The position numbers and the translations under genes are program-made. The notes below the pieces were generated by a model. That model saw only the letters and a program-made list of their open reading frames with translations, did no database searches and was not told the DNA's origin. 64,000 nucleotides of DNA from a phage, in the sequence record PZ583739.1, one strand, 5' to 3'. Each line of letters begins with the position of its first letter. Positions within the stretch are counted from its first letter, which is position 1. Positions 19,510 through 29,679 of this stretch are shown one piece after another.

Positions 19510-19980
19510 TTAATCATGTTTCCACACCCCATCGGTATTTGACCAAAGTCGCTGATTATCTGACCCTCGCCACAGTTTTTTGGTCGGAAGATTTTTCTCA
19601 TACTTCCCATCAATAATAACATCAACATATTTAAGCATTTCTAGTTGTTTAATATCTTCAAACTTATATCCTGTCCACATCCAAATGCTTTTATTGGGAT
19701 AAAGATTTTTAATAGTTTGAACCACAGAGTGAATAACATCTCGGTTATCAGGATAGAGAGGGTCTCCTCCAGTTATAGTTAATCCTTCTATATAATCATT
19801 ATTCAAACATTCAATTAATTGTTCTAGTGTTTCACCAGTGAATGGAACGCCATTTCTAGCATTCCATGTTGATTTATTATAACACCCTTCGCATTTATGC
19901 AAACAACCTGTAACGAAAAGAACGACCCTACAACCAGGGCCATTCACAAAATCGCAAGGATAAATTCTATCATAATTCAT
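19510..19980 (-). CDS. nrdG: Anaerobic ribonucleotide reductase activating protein NrdG (radical SAM)
   Basis: 156 aa; CDFVNGPGCRVVLFVTGCLHKCEGCYN radical-SAM cluster motif. Confidence 0.92.
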   Translation of the reverse strand: MNYDRIYPCDFVNGPGCRVVLFVTGCLHKCEGCYNKSTWNARNGVPFTGETLEQLIECLNNDYIEGLTITGGDPLYPDNRDVIHSVVQTIKNLYPNKSIWMWTGYKFEDIKQLEMLKYVDVIIDGKYEKNLPTKKLWRGSDNQRLWSNTDGVWKHD

Positions 19981-21794
19981 TGATGTTTAACCCTATGCAT
20001 GATTTCTTTATTTTTGCCAAGATTAAACCCGCGTTCGTTCGGATTTCCCAAATAGCCACATGTTCTTCTTATTGTGTTCATCTTTTTAGGGTCAGTTTCT
20101 CCACAAATGGAACAAACAAATCCGTTTTCAGTAGGAGTCATTTCATGAGTACTTCCACACGTAAAACATTTATCTACTGGCATATTAACACCAAAATAAT
20201 CTAAATGTTGTGCAGCATAATCCCATGCAGCCTCAAGACCTTTTAGGTTATTTTTCATATCAGGAAGTTCAACATAAGAAATGTGACCACCTGTCGCAAT
20301 GAAATGATATGGGGCTTCACGAGAAATCTTTTCAAACGGGGTAATATTTTCTTCTACTGAAACGTGGAAACTGTTAGTGTACCAGCCTTTATCGGTAACA
20401 TCTTTTACACTTCCATATTTTTCGGCATCGAGTTTACAGAAGCGATAACACAGGTTTTCAGCAGGAGTAGAATACAAGCTAAAAGCAAATCCGGTTCTTT
20501 CGGTCCACTGCTTAAGACGAGCATTCATTTTAGTCAAAATTTCCTGTCCAATATCACGACCGACAAGAATATTCAATTCGTGAATACCGATGTATCCTAA
20601 AGACACTGAACTTCTGCCATTTTTAAATAACTCAATTATATCGTCATCAGGTTTAAGACGAACCCCAAATGCACCTTCTTGGTAAAGAATAGGAGCAACA
20701 GTCGCTTTAACTCCTTTTAAGGAACTAATTCTACACATCAAAGCTTCAAAACATAAATCCATTCGCTCATTGAATAATTCATCAAATTTCTGTTCATTGA
20801 ATTGTGTTCCAATATAAGAATCTAATGCAATGCGAGGAAGATTCAGTGTTACAACACCAAGATTATTACGTCCATCAAGAATTTCATTACCAGTCGAATC
20901 TTTCCATACGCTCAAGAAACTACGGCAACCCATTGGAGAAACAGGAATAGATGAACCGGTGATAGCTTTATTGTTCTTAGCCGAAATGATGTCAGGATAC
21001 ATTCTTTTGCTTGCACACTCTAAAGCAAGCTGCTTAATATCATAGTTCGGGTCGTCTTTATAAAGATTAACACCTTCTTCAACAAACATAACAAGTTTAG
21101 GGAAAATAGGAGTTATCCCATCGCGACCAAGACCTTTGATACGATTTTTCAGAATTGCTTTCTGAATCATTCGTTCAGTCCAGTCAGTTCCCGTGCCAAA
21201 CGTAATTGTCACAAAAGGCGTTTGCCCATTTGAACTAAAGAGCGTATTTACTTCATATTCATAAGCTTGGAATGCATCATATACGTCTTTTTCTGTTTTA
21301 GATTGAGCATAATTCAATGCATCAGTGATTTGCCATTTTTCTGCATCTTCAATATGTTTTGCGTATGTACGTTTAACATAAGGAGAAAATACTTTGTCTA
21401 CATTAGCAAAAGTCGTTCCACCATATTGGTGAGAAGCAACCTGTGCAGTAATTTGTGCCATAATTGCAGTAGCAACACCAATTGATTTAGGAGTTTCAAT
21501 CTGCGCATTACCGAGCTTAAACCCGTTCTCAAGCATTCCTTTTAAATCTACTAAACAGCAATTAGTAAATGGAAGAGCGGGGGAATAATCAATATCATGG
21601 AAATGAATAATTCCACTTTCATGTGCTTTCATAATAAAAGACGCGACCATATTTTTGGCAATGTGTTTAGATACAATACCAGCCATAAGGTCCCGTTGAG
21701 TTGGAAAAACACGAGAATCTTTATTAGCATTCTCGTTTAAAAGGTCTTTATTAGTTTTATGAATCAATCCTTCAATTTCGTTTTCAATTGTCAT
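19977..21794 (-). CDS. nrdD: Anaerobic ribonucleoside-triphosphate reductase NrdD
   Basis: 605 aa; C-terminal glycyl-radical motif RRTCGYLG and Zn-ribbon CxxC...CxxC. Confidence 0.95.
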   Translation of the reverse strand: MTIENEIEGLIHKTNKDLLNENANKDSRVFPTQRDLMAGIVSKHIAKNMVASFIMKAHESGIIHFHDIDYSPALPFTNCCLVDLKGMLENGFKLGNAQIETPKSIGVATAIMAQITAQVASHQYGGTTFANVDKVFSPYVKRTYAKHIEDAEKWQITDALNYAQSKTEKDVYDAFQAYEYEVNTLFSSNGQTPFVTITFGTGTDWTERMIQKAILKNRIKGLGRDGITPIFPKLVMFVEEGVNLYKDDPNYDIKQLALECASKRMYPDIISAKNNKAITGSSIPVSPMGCRSFLSVWKDSTGNEILDGRNNLGVVTLNLPRIALDSYIGTQFNEQKFDELFNERMDLCFEALMCRISSLKGVKATVAPILYQEGAFGVRLKPDDDIIELFKNGRSSVSLGYIGIHELNILVGRDIGQEILTKMNARLKQWTERTGFAFSLYSTPAENLCYRFCKLDAEKYGSVKDVTDKGWYTNSFHVSVEENITPFEKISREAPYHFIATGGHISYVELPDMKNNLKGLEAAWDYAAQHLDYFGVNMPVDKCFTCGSTHEMTPTENGFVCSICGETDPKKMNTIRRTCGYLGNPNERGFNLGKNKEIMHRVKHQ

Positions 21795-22264
21795 TTTAAA
21801 CTCTTTCTAAGCTGCTTCTTAAATGAAGCCATTAATTGTGTTTTGGTGTCAGATTCATTATAAGTCATACCATTCAAAAGCATTTCCCGAATCATTTCTT
21901 CTTTCCCCAGACGACCGAACTCTTTGGCTTTGTCTGCCACAAAATTAGGGTGAATATTGTTTTCGGTATAATCAGATTTCAGATAGACAAGCAAACTCTC
22001 TAACCATTCCAGGTAGTCAACATCGCGACTTTTCAGACCCGAACGGCTGAACTTATGCTTCATTTGTCCTTCTGTCCCATTGCACAGATTGCATAGTAAC
22101 CCGCGAACCTTACCAGCTTTTGGCCCGTTCAATTCGTGGTCATGGTCAAGATGGTTGGCCTGAACATCGGAGTCCAAATCACGGTGGCAAATTGGACACT
22201 TACCAGCTTGTGCATCATAAAGTTTTTGTTTTTCTTCTTTGTATAATTTGCCAGTCAACAACAT
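21791..22264 (-). CDS. 49: Endonuclease VII (Holliday junction resolvase) gp49
   Basis: 157 aa; MLLTGKLYKEEKQK...HLDHDHELNGPKAGKVRGLLCNLCN...; near-identical to T4 endo VII. Confidence 0.95.
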   Translation of the reverse strand: MLLTGKLYKEEKQKLYDAQAGKCPICHRDLDSDVQANHLDHDHELNGPKAGKVRGLLCNLCNGTEGQMKHKFSRSGLKSRDVDYLEWLESLLVYLKSDYTENNIHPNFVADKAKEFGRLGKEEMIREMLLNGMTYNESDTKTQLMASFKKQLRKSLK

Positions 22265-22393
22265 AATAAACCCTTACCATTATTAGATAAGGGTATTTAT
22301 TAATATCCTAATAGTTTAGCAGTGCAACTTAGCACTAACAACAATCCGAATAAAACAACTCCGACCCAAAATACCGTAATAAGAGCATCCATA

Positions 22394-22570
22394 TCAGACC
22401 CCGTAGAACGAGCGATGTAACCGTTTAAATTGACGAATCATCTTTTTGGTAGGACGAGTATACAATCCCACACAGGTGGCCATAAACTGGTCAGTAGGAC
22501 TTCCTTTGATAAGGAGTTTCCAGACCTTGCCACCGTTTAACTTTTCGGTATAGACTAATGCAGTTTTCAT
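22394..22570 (-). CDS. Hypothetical protein, 58 aa
   Basis: Hand translation MKTALVYTEKLNGGKVWKLLIKG...; start ATG overlaps upstream stop (TAATG); below ORF-track cutoff. Confidence 0.3.
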   Translation of the reverse strand: MKTALVYTEKLNGGKVWKLLIKGSPTDQFMATCVGLYTRPTKKMIRQFKRLHRSFYGV

Positions 22571-22842
22571 TAAACAATCCTAAAACAAGGATAATGGCAG
22601 TCAACGTTACCATTATCAATTATCATATACTCAGTGATACAGGCCCATGACCCTTCAATTTCTATGGTATCAAAAAGGTATTCATCTGTTTCAACAACGT
22701 CCCAAACATTACATTCAACATCAGGGTCAAAACGTTGTCTTAACGCCTGGATAACATCGCCATTTTTAAATCCTGCGTCTTGAAGCTCTTTCATAAAACC
22801 TGATTGAGCAGCAGCATGAATATTAACAATTTCTAAAAACAT
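22570..22842 (-). CDS. Hypothetical protein, 90 aa
   Basis: ORF downstream of gene 49. Confidence 0.4.
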   Translation of the reverse strand: MFLEIVNIHAAAQSGFMKELQDAGFKNGDVIQALRQRFDPDVECNVWDVVETDEYLFDTIEIEGSWACITEYMIIDNGNVDCHYPCFRIV

Positions 22843-23015
22843 TAAAAGGCCTCATCAGAAAAGCGGAGTTGAGCTTCAAGCCAATGAATGTAGTCAGCTG
22901 CAGCAAAAATTAAAGCAGATTCTTCATCGGGTAACTTACGAGAATCCGACAATTCGTAAAGCGAATGCTCAATCAGACGGCCTTTATGACGGCCAACTTC
23001 AATTTTGGTACTCAT
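22842..23015 (-). CDS. Hypothetical protein, 57 aa
   Basis: Hand translation MSTKIEVGRHKGRLIEHSLYELSDS...; stop overlaps next start (TAATG). Confidence 0.3.
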   Translation of the reverse strand: MSTKIEVGRHKGRLIEHSLYELSDSRKLPDEESALIFAAADYIHWLEAQLRFSDEAF

Positions 23016-23131
23016 ATCCAAACTCCATATCGATTAAATCATTGTTTGAAGGTTCATTATACTCTATTTCGGAATCGTTGTAAACAGGTTCCTCTGGCTC
23101 GACAGTTTCAAATCTACATACAAACCAAGGT

Positions 23132-23812
23132 TTATTCATTATTCTTTTTCCTAGCATCAGAAGCAGCTTTTCTTCTAGCTCTGGTCCTTTCTAAATCAGC
23201 GGCAATCAAATTAGCTATATTAGTAACCGGATTACCAAATTCATCATAAGTAATATATTTCCAAGCATATCCAAATGTATGATTTCTCTCATTAAGAAGG
23301 CATCTTTTAATAGCACTGCCTGCTTTATAAATTGAAAGAAATTTAGCTGCATCTGGTAAATAATCAAAGGTTTCTACCAATTCACCTGAACTTAAATCAA
23401 ATGCGCCAAAAAGCTCAATGGTGTATTTACTCCTATCAAGACTGGCTTTAGCTTCATGCTTTAAGTGGTTTATTTCTTTTAGAATTTTAAGGTCTAATTG
23501 TCCTGGTATTTTATCTATCTGTACACCCATTCTAGATAAAGCATATCCCATTTTATAGTTTCCTGATTTGGCCAACCAATAGTGGGCCATAATATGGCTT
23601 TCTATACTTAGATTTACAAGATTCCATTTAGACGTTTTAAATTCAGGAAATAACGATTTAGGTAATATATGGTGAGACTCGGTTTTACCTTTTATTAAAG
23701 GTCCGGAAGACTCTATTAAAGAGAAATAGTTTTCAGCAAATTGCCTTATTGGCAATTTGCTTTTAAGAAGTTCTTTAATTTCGTCTAAGGTTTTAGTAGG
23801 CTTAACGGTCAC
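23132..23812 (-). CDS. HNH homing endonuclease (Mob-like), free-standing
   Basis: 226 aa; ESHHILPKSLFPEFKTSKWNLVNLSIESHIMAHYW matches the HNH motif of T4 Mob endonucleases. Confidence 0.65.
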   Translation of the reverse strand: MTVKPTKTLDEIKELLKSKLPIRQFAENYFSLIESSGPLIKGKTESHHILPKSLFPEFKTSKWNLVNLSIESHIMAHYWLAKSGNYKMGYALSRMGVQIDKIPGQLDLKILKEINHLKHEAKASLDRSKYTIELFGAFDLSSGELVETFDYLPDAAKFLSIYKAGSAIKRCLLNERNHTFGYAWKYITYDEFGNPVTNIANLIAADLERTRARRKAASDARKKNNE

Positions 23813-24110
23813 ACCAATAACAACTTACTTCAAAATCAGGCTCGCCGTCGTCCCAGTACCAAGGACCAACCGGATGCCAATCGCCATGCTTATCTTCTTC
23901 ATATACTTCAGATTCAAGGCCAACGTATTGCCATTGGACTTCATAAGCAGTGCCACCAATTACAACAGTGTTCTCACCATACGGGTTAGCCACAGCAAAG
24001 TCAATACCTTCTTCTTTCGCCAGGGCTACCATGTATTCATAGAGTTTATGTTCCAGGTCGTCTTCTTTACCGTCACCCAGATAAATTGTTTGTCCGTCTA
24101 ATTCACTCAT
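23802..24110 (-). CDS. Hypothetical acidic protein, 102 aa
   Basis: ORF upstream of HNH gene; C-terminal CYWC. Confidence 0.4.
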   Translation of the reverse strand: MSELDGQTIYLGDGKEDDLEHKLYEYMVALAKEEGIDFAVANPYGENTVVIGGTAYEVQWQYVGLESEVYEEDKHGDWHPVGPWYWDDGEPDFEVSCYWCDR

Positions 24111-24296
24111 AATTCCACCATAAATTCGTCAATCATTTAAAGTTCCAGAATGAAGCACCGACCAGAAATAAAGGCCAACAAATCATAGACGTCAGCCACC
24201 AACAAAAATCACCTGCACCGAAATCATCTAATTTAGCTAGGGTCTTAGCATAGCCAATACCGATGATAAGATACAAAACACCCAACATTAATTCAA

Positions 24297-24560
24297 TCAT
24301 TTGAAATATGCTCGCAGTTGGTCAAAGCCACCAATATGACTTCCATCAGGGGCAAATACTTGCGGCATGGTCAAACCAATTTGAGATTCGCGACCAAGCG
24401 CAACCAGGAGTTGAGCAATCTTCTCATCATCAAACACACCTTTTTCCGGCATAACATTGATGAACTCGTAAGGTTGTTTTTTAACGTCAAGTAGACGTTT
24501 TGCATTATCGCAGAAAACGCAACGATGGATGTTTGAATCATAGCCATATACTTTAAACAT
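24297..24560 (-). CDS. nrdC: Thioredoxin/glutaredoxin NrdC
   Basis: 87 aa; [24 protein letters not shown]...[26 protein letters not shown], near-identical to T4 NrdC. Confidence 0.93.
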   Translation of the reverse strand: MFKVYGYDSNIHRCVFCDNAKRLLDVKKQPYEFINVMPEKGVFDDEKIAQLLVALGRESQIGLTMPQVFAPDGSHIGGFDQLRAYFK

Positions 24561-24798
24561 CTTGAATTCCTAATACTTGTTTGAATACTTCAGAGCGGTC
24601 GAGCTCTGTTCCAGTTTCTTTAAGGTGTGCATTTCTGATATCATGCACTTCAGTAAGGATATTATTATACGAACGAGTTAAAGCAGATTTCAATACTGAA
24701 TAACTATCCGGAAATTTACCGTGTTCTTTATAATAGGCCAGAGTTAATTCACGGACCACTCTTTCGGCGGTCTCAACATATTCTTTACGCTTTGCCAT
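24553..24798 (-). CDS. Hypothetical protein, 81 aa
   Basis: ORF upstream of nrdC. Confidence 0.4.
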   Translation of the reverse strand: MAKRKEYVETAERVVRELTLAYYKEHGKFPDSYSVLKSALTRSYNNILTEVHDIRNAHLKETGTELDRSEVFKQVLGIQDV

Positions 24799-24964
24799 TT
24801 TCTTCTCGCGGACTGATTACAAGTGATTTACCATCAAGTGCTTCCAGGATGTCTGACACTAAATTATCTGGCATGGGCTGGACTTCACAAATTTGTTTTG
24901 CAAAGTCATCGATACCAAGAGCACACTTTTCTTTAAGCCTTTTTAATTCATCTAAATTAATCAT
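24785..24964 (-). CDS. Hypothetical protein, ~59 aa
   Basis: Trimmed to ATG at 24964 ([13 protein letters not shown]...), overlapping upstream stop ATGATTAA. Confidence 0.3.
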   Translation of the reverse strand: MINLDELKRLKEKCALGIDDFAKQICEVQPMPDNLVSDILEALDGKSLVISPREENGKA

Positions 24965-25295
24965 TTTCTTCTCGCTCAAATTTATGTTTACAATGTCTGC
25001 ATTTATAACGAAGATTACTAGTCTGCCAATGGACCAACTGGACCTGTTCAGTTCCACATTCTGGACAGTTAGGAACACGTTTAGAAGCACGTTCACGGCG
25101 ACGAACTATAGCCATTACCATATCCCAATCGGGAACCTGACTATAATCGTCACAACCATGAATCTTTCCTAACTGCACAAGGTCAACACCCTCAGCGTTT
25201 TCAATAAATTTTAAAAGACCTTTATTAACCCCCGCGGCGGGGGTCCATTCTGGAAATGCAGTTTCTGCAATATCTTCAGCTAAACGTTGTTTCAT
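24957..25295 (-). CDS. Hypothetical Cys-rich protein, 112 aa
   Basis: C-terminal CPECG...CRHCKHKF (zinc-ribbon-like). Confidence 0.4.
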   Translation of the reverse strand: MKQRLAEDIAETAFPEWTPAAGVNKGLLKFIENAEGVDLVQLGKIHGCDDYSQVPDWDMVMAIVRRRERASKRVPNCPECGTEQVQLVHWQTSNLRYKCRHCKHKFEREEND

Positions 25296-26281
25296 TTCAG
25301 CAGCTCCAGAGCCTGTTCCAGTTTATCCAGACGATTGGTTGATTCTTCCCAAAGTCGCTTGGCTTTAGTATAGTCTTCAGTTGCCTTTTTATTAACAGCA
25401 AGAGCTTTATTATACGCCGTTTCCAGAGCAACAATTTCAGGCGCTTTTTGTTCCACTGGCTCATTATTCAGATTATCAATCAGGTCTTCAAGGGTGGTTT
25501 CTTGCGGTGCATTCATAATTTCCTCACTTTTCTTTTTATAAATTTCTGCAACAGTTGGTTGTTTTGCGCATTTAACTTCACGCAATGTCACCACAATTTT
25601 CCAACCTTTCCAACCATGAGTACTGGTGATAGGGTCTACTTTAATTTTTTCAACAGTGCGCATATAGTTAAGGGCACACTGCATCTGTGAAGTAAGCGTG
25701 CTCGCAGCATCAAAATACTTTTTGACATTTTCTGGAGTAGCCGCTGGCGTAAAGAACGCATACTTAACTGTAATAATTACCTGATTTTCACCAGACTCTT
25801 TAACATTTATCATGTGCTCAGCCAAATGGGAGATAGTGCGATAATCGCTACCCATCAATTTTGTCGCTGATTTGATGATAGACATTTTGTTATCTCTGAA
25901 TTCACGAGCCCAGCAATTTGCGAATTCAGAAACAGTATAGCCTTGTTTATCAAGGTAGTATTTTTCAACATCACCAAACCAATGATATCCAATTGTACCT
26001 TTACCATGTCTGGATTCAACGCCAAACTTATTAAGAAGGTCTTTATTAACCAGGTATGCCAGGACTCGGGAACCTTTAAAAGTTTTCTTGATATCATCGT
26101 TACCAGCACGACTCGCAATAGTTGCAATGTCTTTCTTGAAGCGACCAGATGCAACAATCGTCGAGTCAATCTGATTTAACCAGAAATTGATAATTAAAAG
26201 GATAGCCGATTCACCTATTAATGGTTTTACTTTTGTGTCGATAGTGGTGTTAAAGGCCCGGATATATTCGTTACGTGTCAT
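25292..26281 (-). CDS. Hypothetical protein, 329 aa
   Basis: Large ORF; C-terminal coiled coil ...LDKLEQALELLK. Confidence 0.5.
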   Translation of the reverse strand: MTRNEYIRAFNTTIDTKVKPLIGESAILLIINFWLNQIDSTIVASGRFKKDIATIASRAGNDDIKKTFKGSRVLAYLVNKDLLNKFGVESRHGKGTIGYHWFGDVEKYYLDKQGYTVSEFANCWAREFRDNKMSIIKSATKLMGSDYRTISHLAEHMINVKESGENQVIITVKYAFFTPAATPENVKKYFDAASTLTSQMQCALNYMRTVEKIKVDPITSTHGWKGWKIVVTLREVKCAKQPTVAEIYKKKSEEIMNAPQETTLEDLIDNLNNEPVEQKAPEIVALETAYNKALAVNKKATEDYTKAKRLWEESTNRLDKLEQALELLK

Positions 26282-26339
26282 AGTGTTCTCCTCATAAAGT
26301 AGGAATTCATTATACTCCCTCCATCCCTGGAAGTAAACA

Positions 26340-27275
26340 TTATTTTAATGCTTTGATTGCCGCTTGCAATTTATTGCGTTGTTTTTCCATATTCTTGATG
26401 CGATTCAGAACATCCTGGATACCCTTTTTCTCATCTTCAATCAGACCATTTAAGCGGTTAACTGATTCCCGGATAGCATCAGCATGATAGCTCTCAATAG
26501 GCTTCATTGGTGGGTTAAAGATTTCAAGAGAGCTGTTTGGCTGGATTTTCCATTGATACATATTTTTAACTTCCAGTGGTGAAATTTTAGTCTGGTCGTA
26601 AGATTTAAACTGACCTGCAAATGCTGGGCCATATGATGCGGTAGGGATACGTTCCATTTCTGGTTCCTTTTTATCTTCTGGTTCATTTTTCTCTTGATAA
26701 GGAGCATAAGATAAAAGATATTCTTTAGTCAATTTAATATCAATGGCTATAGTTTTGAGGAATTTTTCCGTTTGGTGGATATAATTTGTATCTTCATCAA
26801 ACGTGTACGATTCAACAGCATGGCGCATATAAAACAGCGCAATACCCATAACCTCTTTAAAGTTATGACAAAGAGCAACATCGCCCTTGGTAGTTGGTTT
26901 GAACTTAATCTGTACACCATCATTCTTAATATTGATAATCAAGTTGTCAGAGTTAAAATTATAGTTCTTGATGTTAACCGGAGCTTTGCGAATACGAAAT
27001 CCGCCGGCCAGAATTTCCTTGATACTCTTACGAACCGTGGCACCAAACAAAAACGCTGGGCGACGGCAGTAATCATTCAGAGAGTTAATTCTTACAATAC
27101 GTTGACCATACCCCTGGGTAGCAGAACCTGATTTGATTTTGCCAAAGTTAACCAAAGAATTCATTGCGATAAGACGAGTCACACGACCGTCATGTGGTTC
27201 ATAACTACTAGCGTATTCTTTACGTGTTTTAATTTTCATATCATAGTCCAAATAATTTTTCATAGAATTTAGCAA
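26340..27275 (-). CDS. Hypothetical protein, 311 aa
   Basis: Large ORF; C-terminal coiled coil ...QRNKLQAAIKALK. Confidence 0.5.
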   Translation of the reverse strand: MLNSMKNYLDYDMKIKTRKEYASSYEPHDGRVTRLIAMNSLVNFGKIKSGSATQGYGQRIVRINSLNDYCRRPAFLFGATVRKSIKEILAGGFRIRKAPVNIKNYNFNSDNLIINIKNDGVQIKFKPTTKGDVALCHNFKEVMGIALFYMRHAVESYTFDEDTNYIHQTEKFLKTIAIDIKLTKEYLLSYAPYQEKNEPEDKKEPEMERIPTASYGPAFAGQFKSYDQTKISPLEVKNMYQWKIQPNSSLEIFNPPMKPIESYHADAIRESVNRLNGLIEDEKKGIQDVLNRIKNMEKQRNKLQAAIKALK

Positions 27276-27456
27276 TAGGCCAACACACCATCATAATTGC
27301 CAAAACAAACCAAAGCAGAGGCCATACTAGTGTAATGAATACTGCATCATAGCTTGATTCAATTTCGATTGGATTCCAATCACCCGATTTATGAATGATA
27401 ATGGTCGTCATGAATCCTAGCACAAAGTAAAGGAGAATAAAACCTACAATTTCCAT
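27241..27456 (-). CDS. Small membrane protein, 71 aa
   Basis: Two hydrophobic helices. Confidence 0.35.
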   Translation of the reverse strand: MEIVGFILLYFVLGFMTTIIIHKSGDWNPIEIESSYDAVFITLVWPLLWFVLAIMMVCWPIAKFYEKLFGL

Positions 27457-27540
27457 ATTAACCTACAATATTTGAGAATATCAGCCACAGAATACCTGTG
27501 GCAACGATTGCATAACCAAGAACAGCAAGCCATTCCATAA

Positions 27541-28389
27541 TTAATCCTTAAGCAATTCAATAACGTTCATCAGTTTCTGACGTTCGGCTTTCGCTGCGCT
27601 ATTCAGTCCTGACAGACGGAAAATTTCATCATCTTGCTGCTGGATGGTGATGTTAAGCTCTTCAATCTGTTTAGTGAAAAGCTCAATTTGCTCTGAATAT
27701 TTTTCATTGCTTCGCACTGGAACAGGTTCCATTTTAGGAGCTTGTTCAATGGGGCTCTCGACTTCAACTTGGTCTTTAATTTGACATAGTTTAATACGCT
27801 GGACGCCTCCAGTTTTAACATCATAAAAGGTAAGAATGCCGTGACATTCCAGTACAGACAATGCCAAACGAAGATGGAATTTCCAATTATCATATTGACA
27901 TCCACTAAAAGAAGAAATACTGTATTCACCTTCTTTTTGACCTTTAATAACATTAAATAGTTTATAATCTAAAGAATTATTGGTTTTAAAGGTCATTTGT
28001 TTATCTTGACCGCTTGCTAAACGAGCGCCTAATGCCAATAAACGGCGCTGGTTTTTCCAAAGGTCTTTAACCACTTCATCAAACGTCATGGTGCTAATCG
28101 CACGACCATAAAGGTCATAGCCTTTATTATAATTTTTAAGTAGAATTTTGGCATTAGCACGAGACAACATACCTGAACGATGAAGAGATTTCATGACTCG
28201 GTCTTCTAATGTAAGAAGACCAGTGGTCTTTTCAAAGATTTTAGTGAATTCAGCGGAATTAGTACAAACATTGAACTTATTCCACATCATATATAAAACA
28301 TTTAAAACCACATCTTTAGTGCTTGGAATACTGTTAAATTTAACAACTTTTTTAACTTCAGAACGAATTTCATTAATTGCTTGTGACAT
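27541..28389 (-). CDS. Hypothetical protein, 282 aa
   Basis: Large ORF; C-terminal coiled coil ...RQKLMNVIELLKD. Confidence 0.5.
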   Translation of the reverse strand: MSQAINEIRSEVKKVVKFNSIPSTKDVVLNVLYMMWNKFNVCTNSAEFTKIFEKTTGLLTLEDRVMKSLHRSGMLSRANAKILLKNYNKGYDLYGRAISTMTFDEVVKDLWKNQRRLLALGARLASGQDKQMTFKTNNSLDYKLFNVIKGQKEGEYSISSFSGCQYDNWKFHLRLALSVLECHGILTFYDVKTGGVQRIKLCQIKDQVEVESPIEQAPKMEPVPVRSNEKYSEQIELFTKQIEELNITIQQQDDEIFRLSGLNSAAKAERQKLMNVIELLKD

Positions 28390-28452
28390 AATAATTTCCT
28401 CAATAGATTAATCAAAGGTCAGAACCATTATACCATCCTTGGTATAAAGCGT

Positions 28453-28977
28453 TTATGCGAGAACCGTCTTTAAACGCTCTTCAAACTTCTGAAGGAGTAC
28501 CTGGCGCTCTGCTCTTTGTTTGGTATAGGTTTCAATACGCTCTGAAGTGAGATTGTATTGTTCATTAACTGATTCCCGCATGAATTCAGGAATCTCTTTA
28601 CATGCTTTGATTTCATTGAACTTATCAAGCACCGCTTGTTGTTCAGCAATCAGACCATCATAATATTGGATATCTGATTTGATGTTTTGTACATCAGATT
28701 CAGTAGGCATATTTTTCTTTGCTCTTGTCGCCTGATACTCAGCATTAGTCTCTCTTGACCAGAACAAAGAGCGGTTTTTGTTGGTGTTTTTATACACATC
28801 AACAATACCAACTGAATCAACAGTCACAATCCAGTTCCAGGCGTTTTTATAAGTCTGACCACCTGATACTGTAATCTCACCTGCACGAGCAACATCATTA
28901 AAGAACTTACTTTGTGCTTCTGATTTAAAATTACCATTATTGTAATTAATCAGATTAAAGATTGATTTGGCTTCCAT
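28453..28977 (-). CDS. Hypothetical protein, 174 aa
   Basis: ORF directly downstream of early promoter at 29014-29042. Confidence 0.45.
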   Translation of the reverse strand: MEAKSIFNLINYNNGNFKSEAQSKFFNDVARAGEITVSGGQTYKNAWNWIVTVDSVGIVDVYKNTNKNRSLFWSRETNAEYQATRAKKNMPTESDVQNIKSDIQYYDGLIAEQQAVLDKFNEIKACKEIPEFMRESVNEQYNLTSERIETYTKQRAERQVLLQKFEERLKTVLA

Positions 28978-29013
28978 TTTATTCTCCAGTATTTGGTAAC
29001 TCAGTATGGGAAC

Positions 29014-29042
29014 ATTATACGTCTATCCCCATACTATGTACA
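29014..29042 (-). promoter_or_regulatory. T4-type early promoter cassette (PeSL-like)
   Basis: Minus strand: GTGTACA, 17 nt, TATAAT, then conserved leader GTTCCCATACTGAGTTACCAAATA. Confidence 0.5.
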
Positions 29043-29045
29043 CAT

Positions 29046-29348
29046 TTAATTAAAAGTTCTTTCAGTATTTTCACCGCTGAACCAGACGCTCTTAACGGCT
29101 TGCTGGGCGCGATGGAGCTGCTCTGCCATATAAACATCAAGGGCCTCAGCTTTACGTGTCCTGTGAGCTTCTGCGGCGACCATTTGCAGCTTATCCATCA
29201 TGATAAGAGCTTTACATTTCTCCTTCAGAGCATATCGCTTCTTCTCTTCTGGAGTTTTGACCATTCCTCTTAACTTGTGCATTTTCAACTTAAAATGGTC
29301 AGCAGATTTCAGACATGCCTCAATCATGTCAAGTTCATACTTTTTCAT
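29046..29348 (-). CDS. Hypothetical protein, 100 aa
   Basis: Helical basic ORF. Confidence 0.4.
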   Translation of the reverse strand: MKKYELDMIEACLKSADHFKLKMHKLRGMVKTPEEKKRYALKEKCKALIMMDKLQMVAAEAHRTRKAEALDVYMAEQLHRAQQAVKSVWFSGENTERTFN

Positions 29349-29354
29349 AATTCC

Positions 29355-29561
29355 TCACTTGCGACGACGTTTTGGTAATGGTTTAGGGAAGAACATTGCT
29401 TTACCTGCAGGGGTCAAAGTCACACGCAAAGCATTACCAATACCAAGGGATGCTTTAACCAGACCTTTGGCTTTTAACTCACCAAATGCTTGACGTTGTT
29501 CAGGGTCACGAGTGTTAACCATCAGACCTTTTTCACCAGCAGCTTTGATTAATTCTAACAT
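29355..29561 (-). CDS. Hypothetical protein, 68 aa
   Basis: ORF directly downstream of early promoter at 29603-29631. Confidence 0.4.
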   Translation of the reverse strand: MLELIKAAGEKGLMVNTRDPEQRQAFGELKAKGLVKASLGIGNALRVTLTPAGKAMFFPKPLPKRRRK

Positions 29562-29602
29562 TTTATTCTCCGTTTGTTTATTTGGTAACTCAGTATGGAA
29601 TC

Positions 29603-29631
29603 ATTATGTCCTAAGACAAGAGGCTTGTACA
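29603..29631 (-). promoter_or_regulatory. T4-type early promoter cassette (PeSL-like)
   Basis: Minus strand: GTGTACA, 17 nt, CATAAT, then GATTCCATACTGAGTTACCAAATAAAC. Confidence 0.5.
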
Positions 29632-29679
29632 CAATATACTAAATAAAAATACTTAATAAAACCATAAAGGAGAAAGTTT

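Noticed and set aside
19404-19628. 74-aa minus-strand ORF
   Set aside because: Overlaps the 3' part of nrdG in another frame; nrdG has the radical-SAM motif and correct length.
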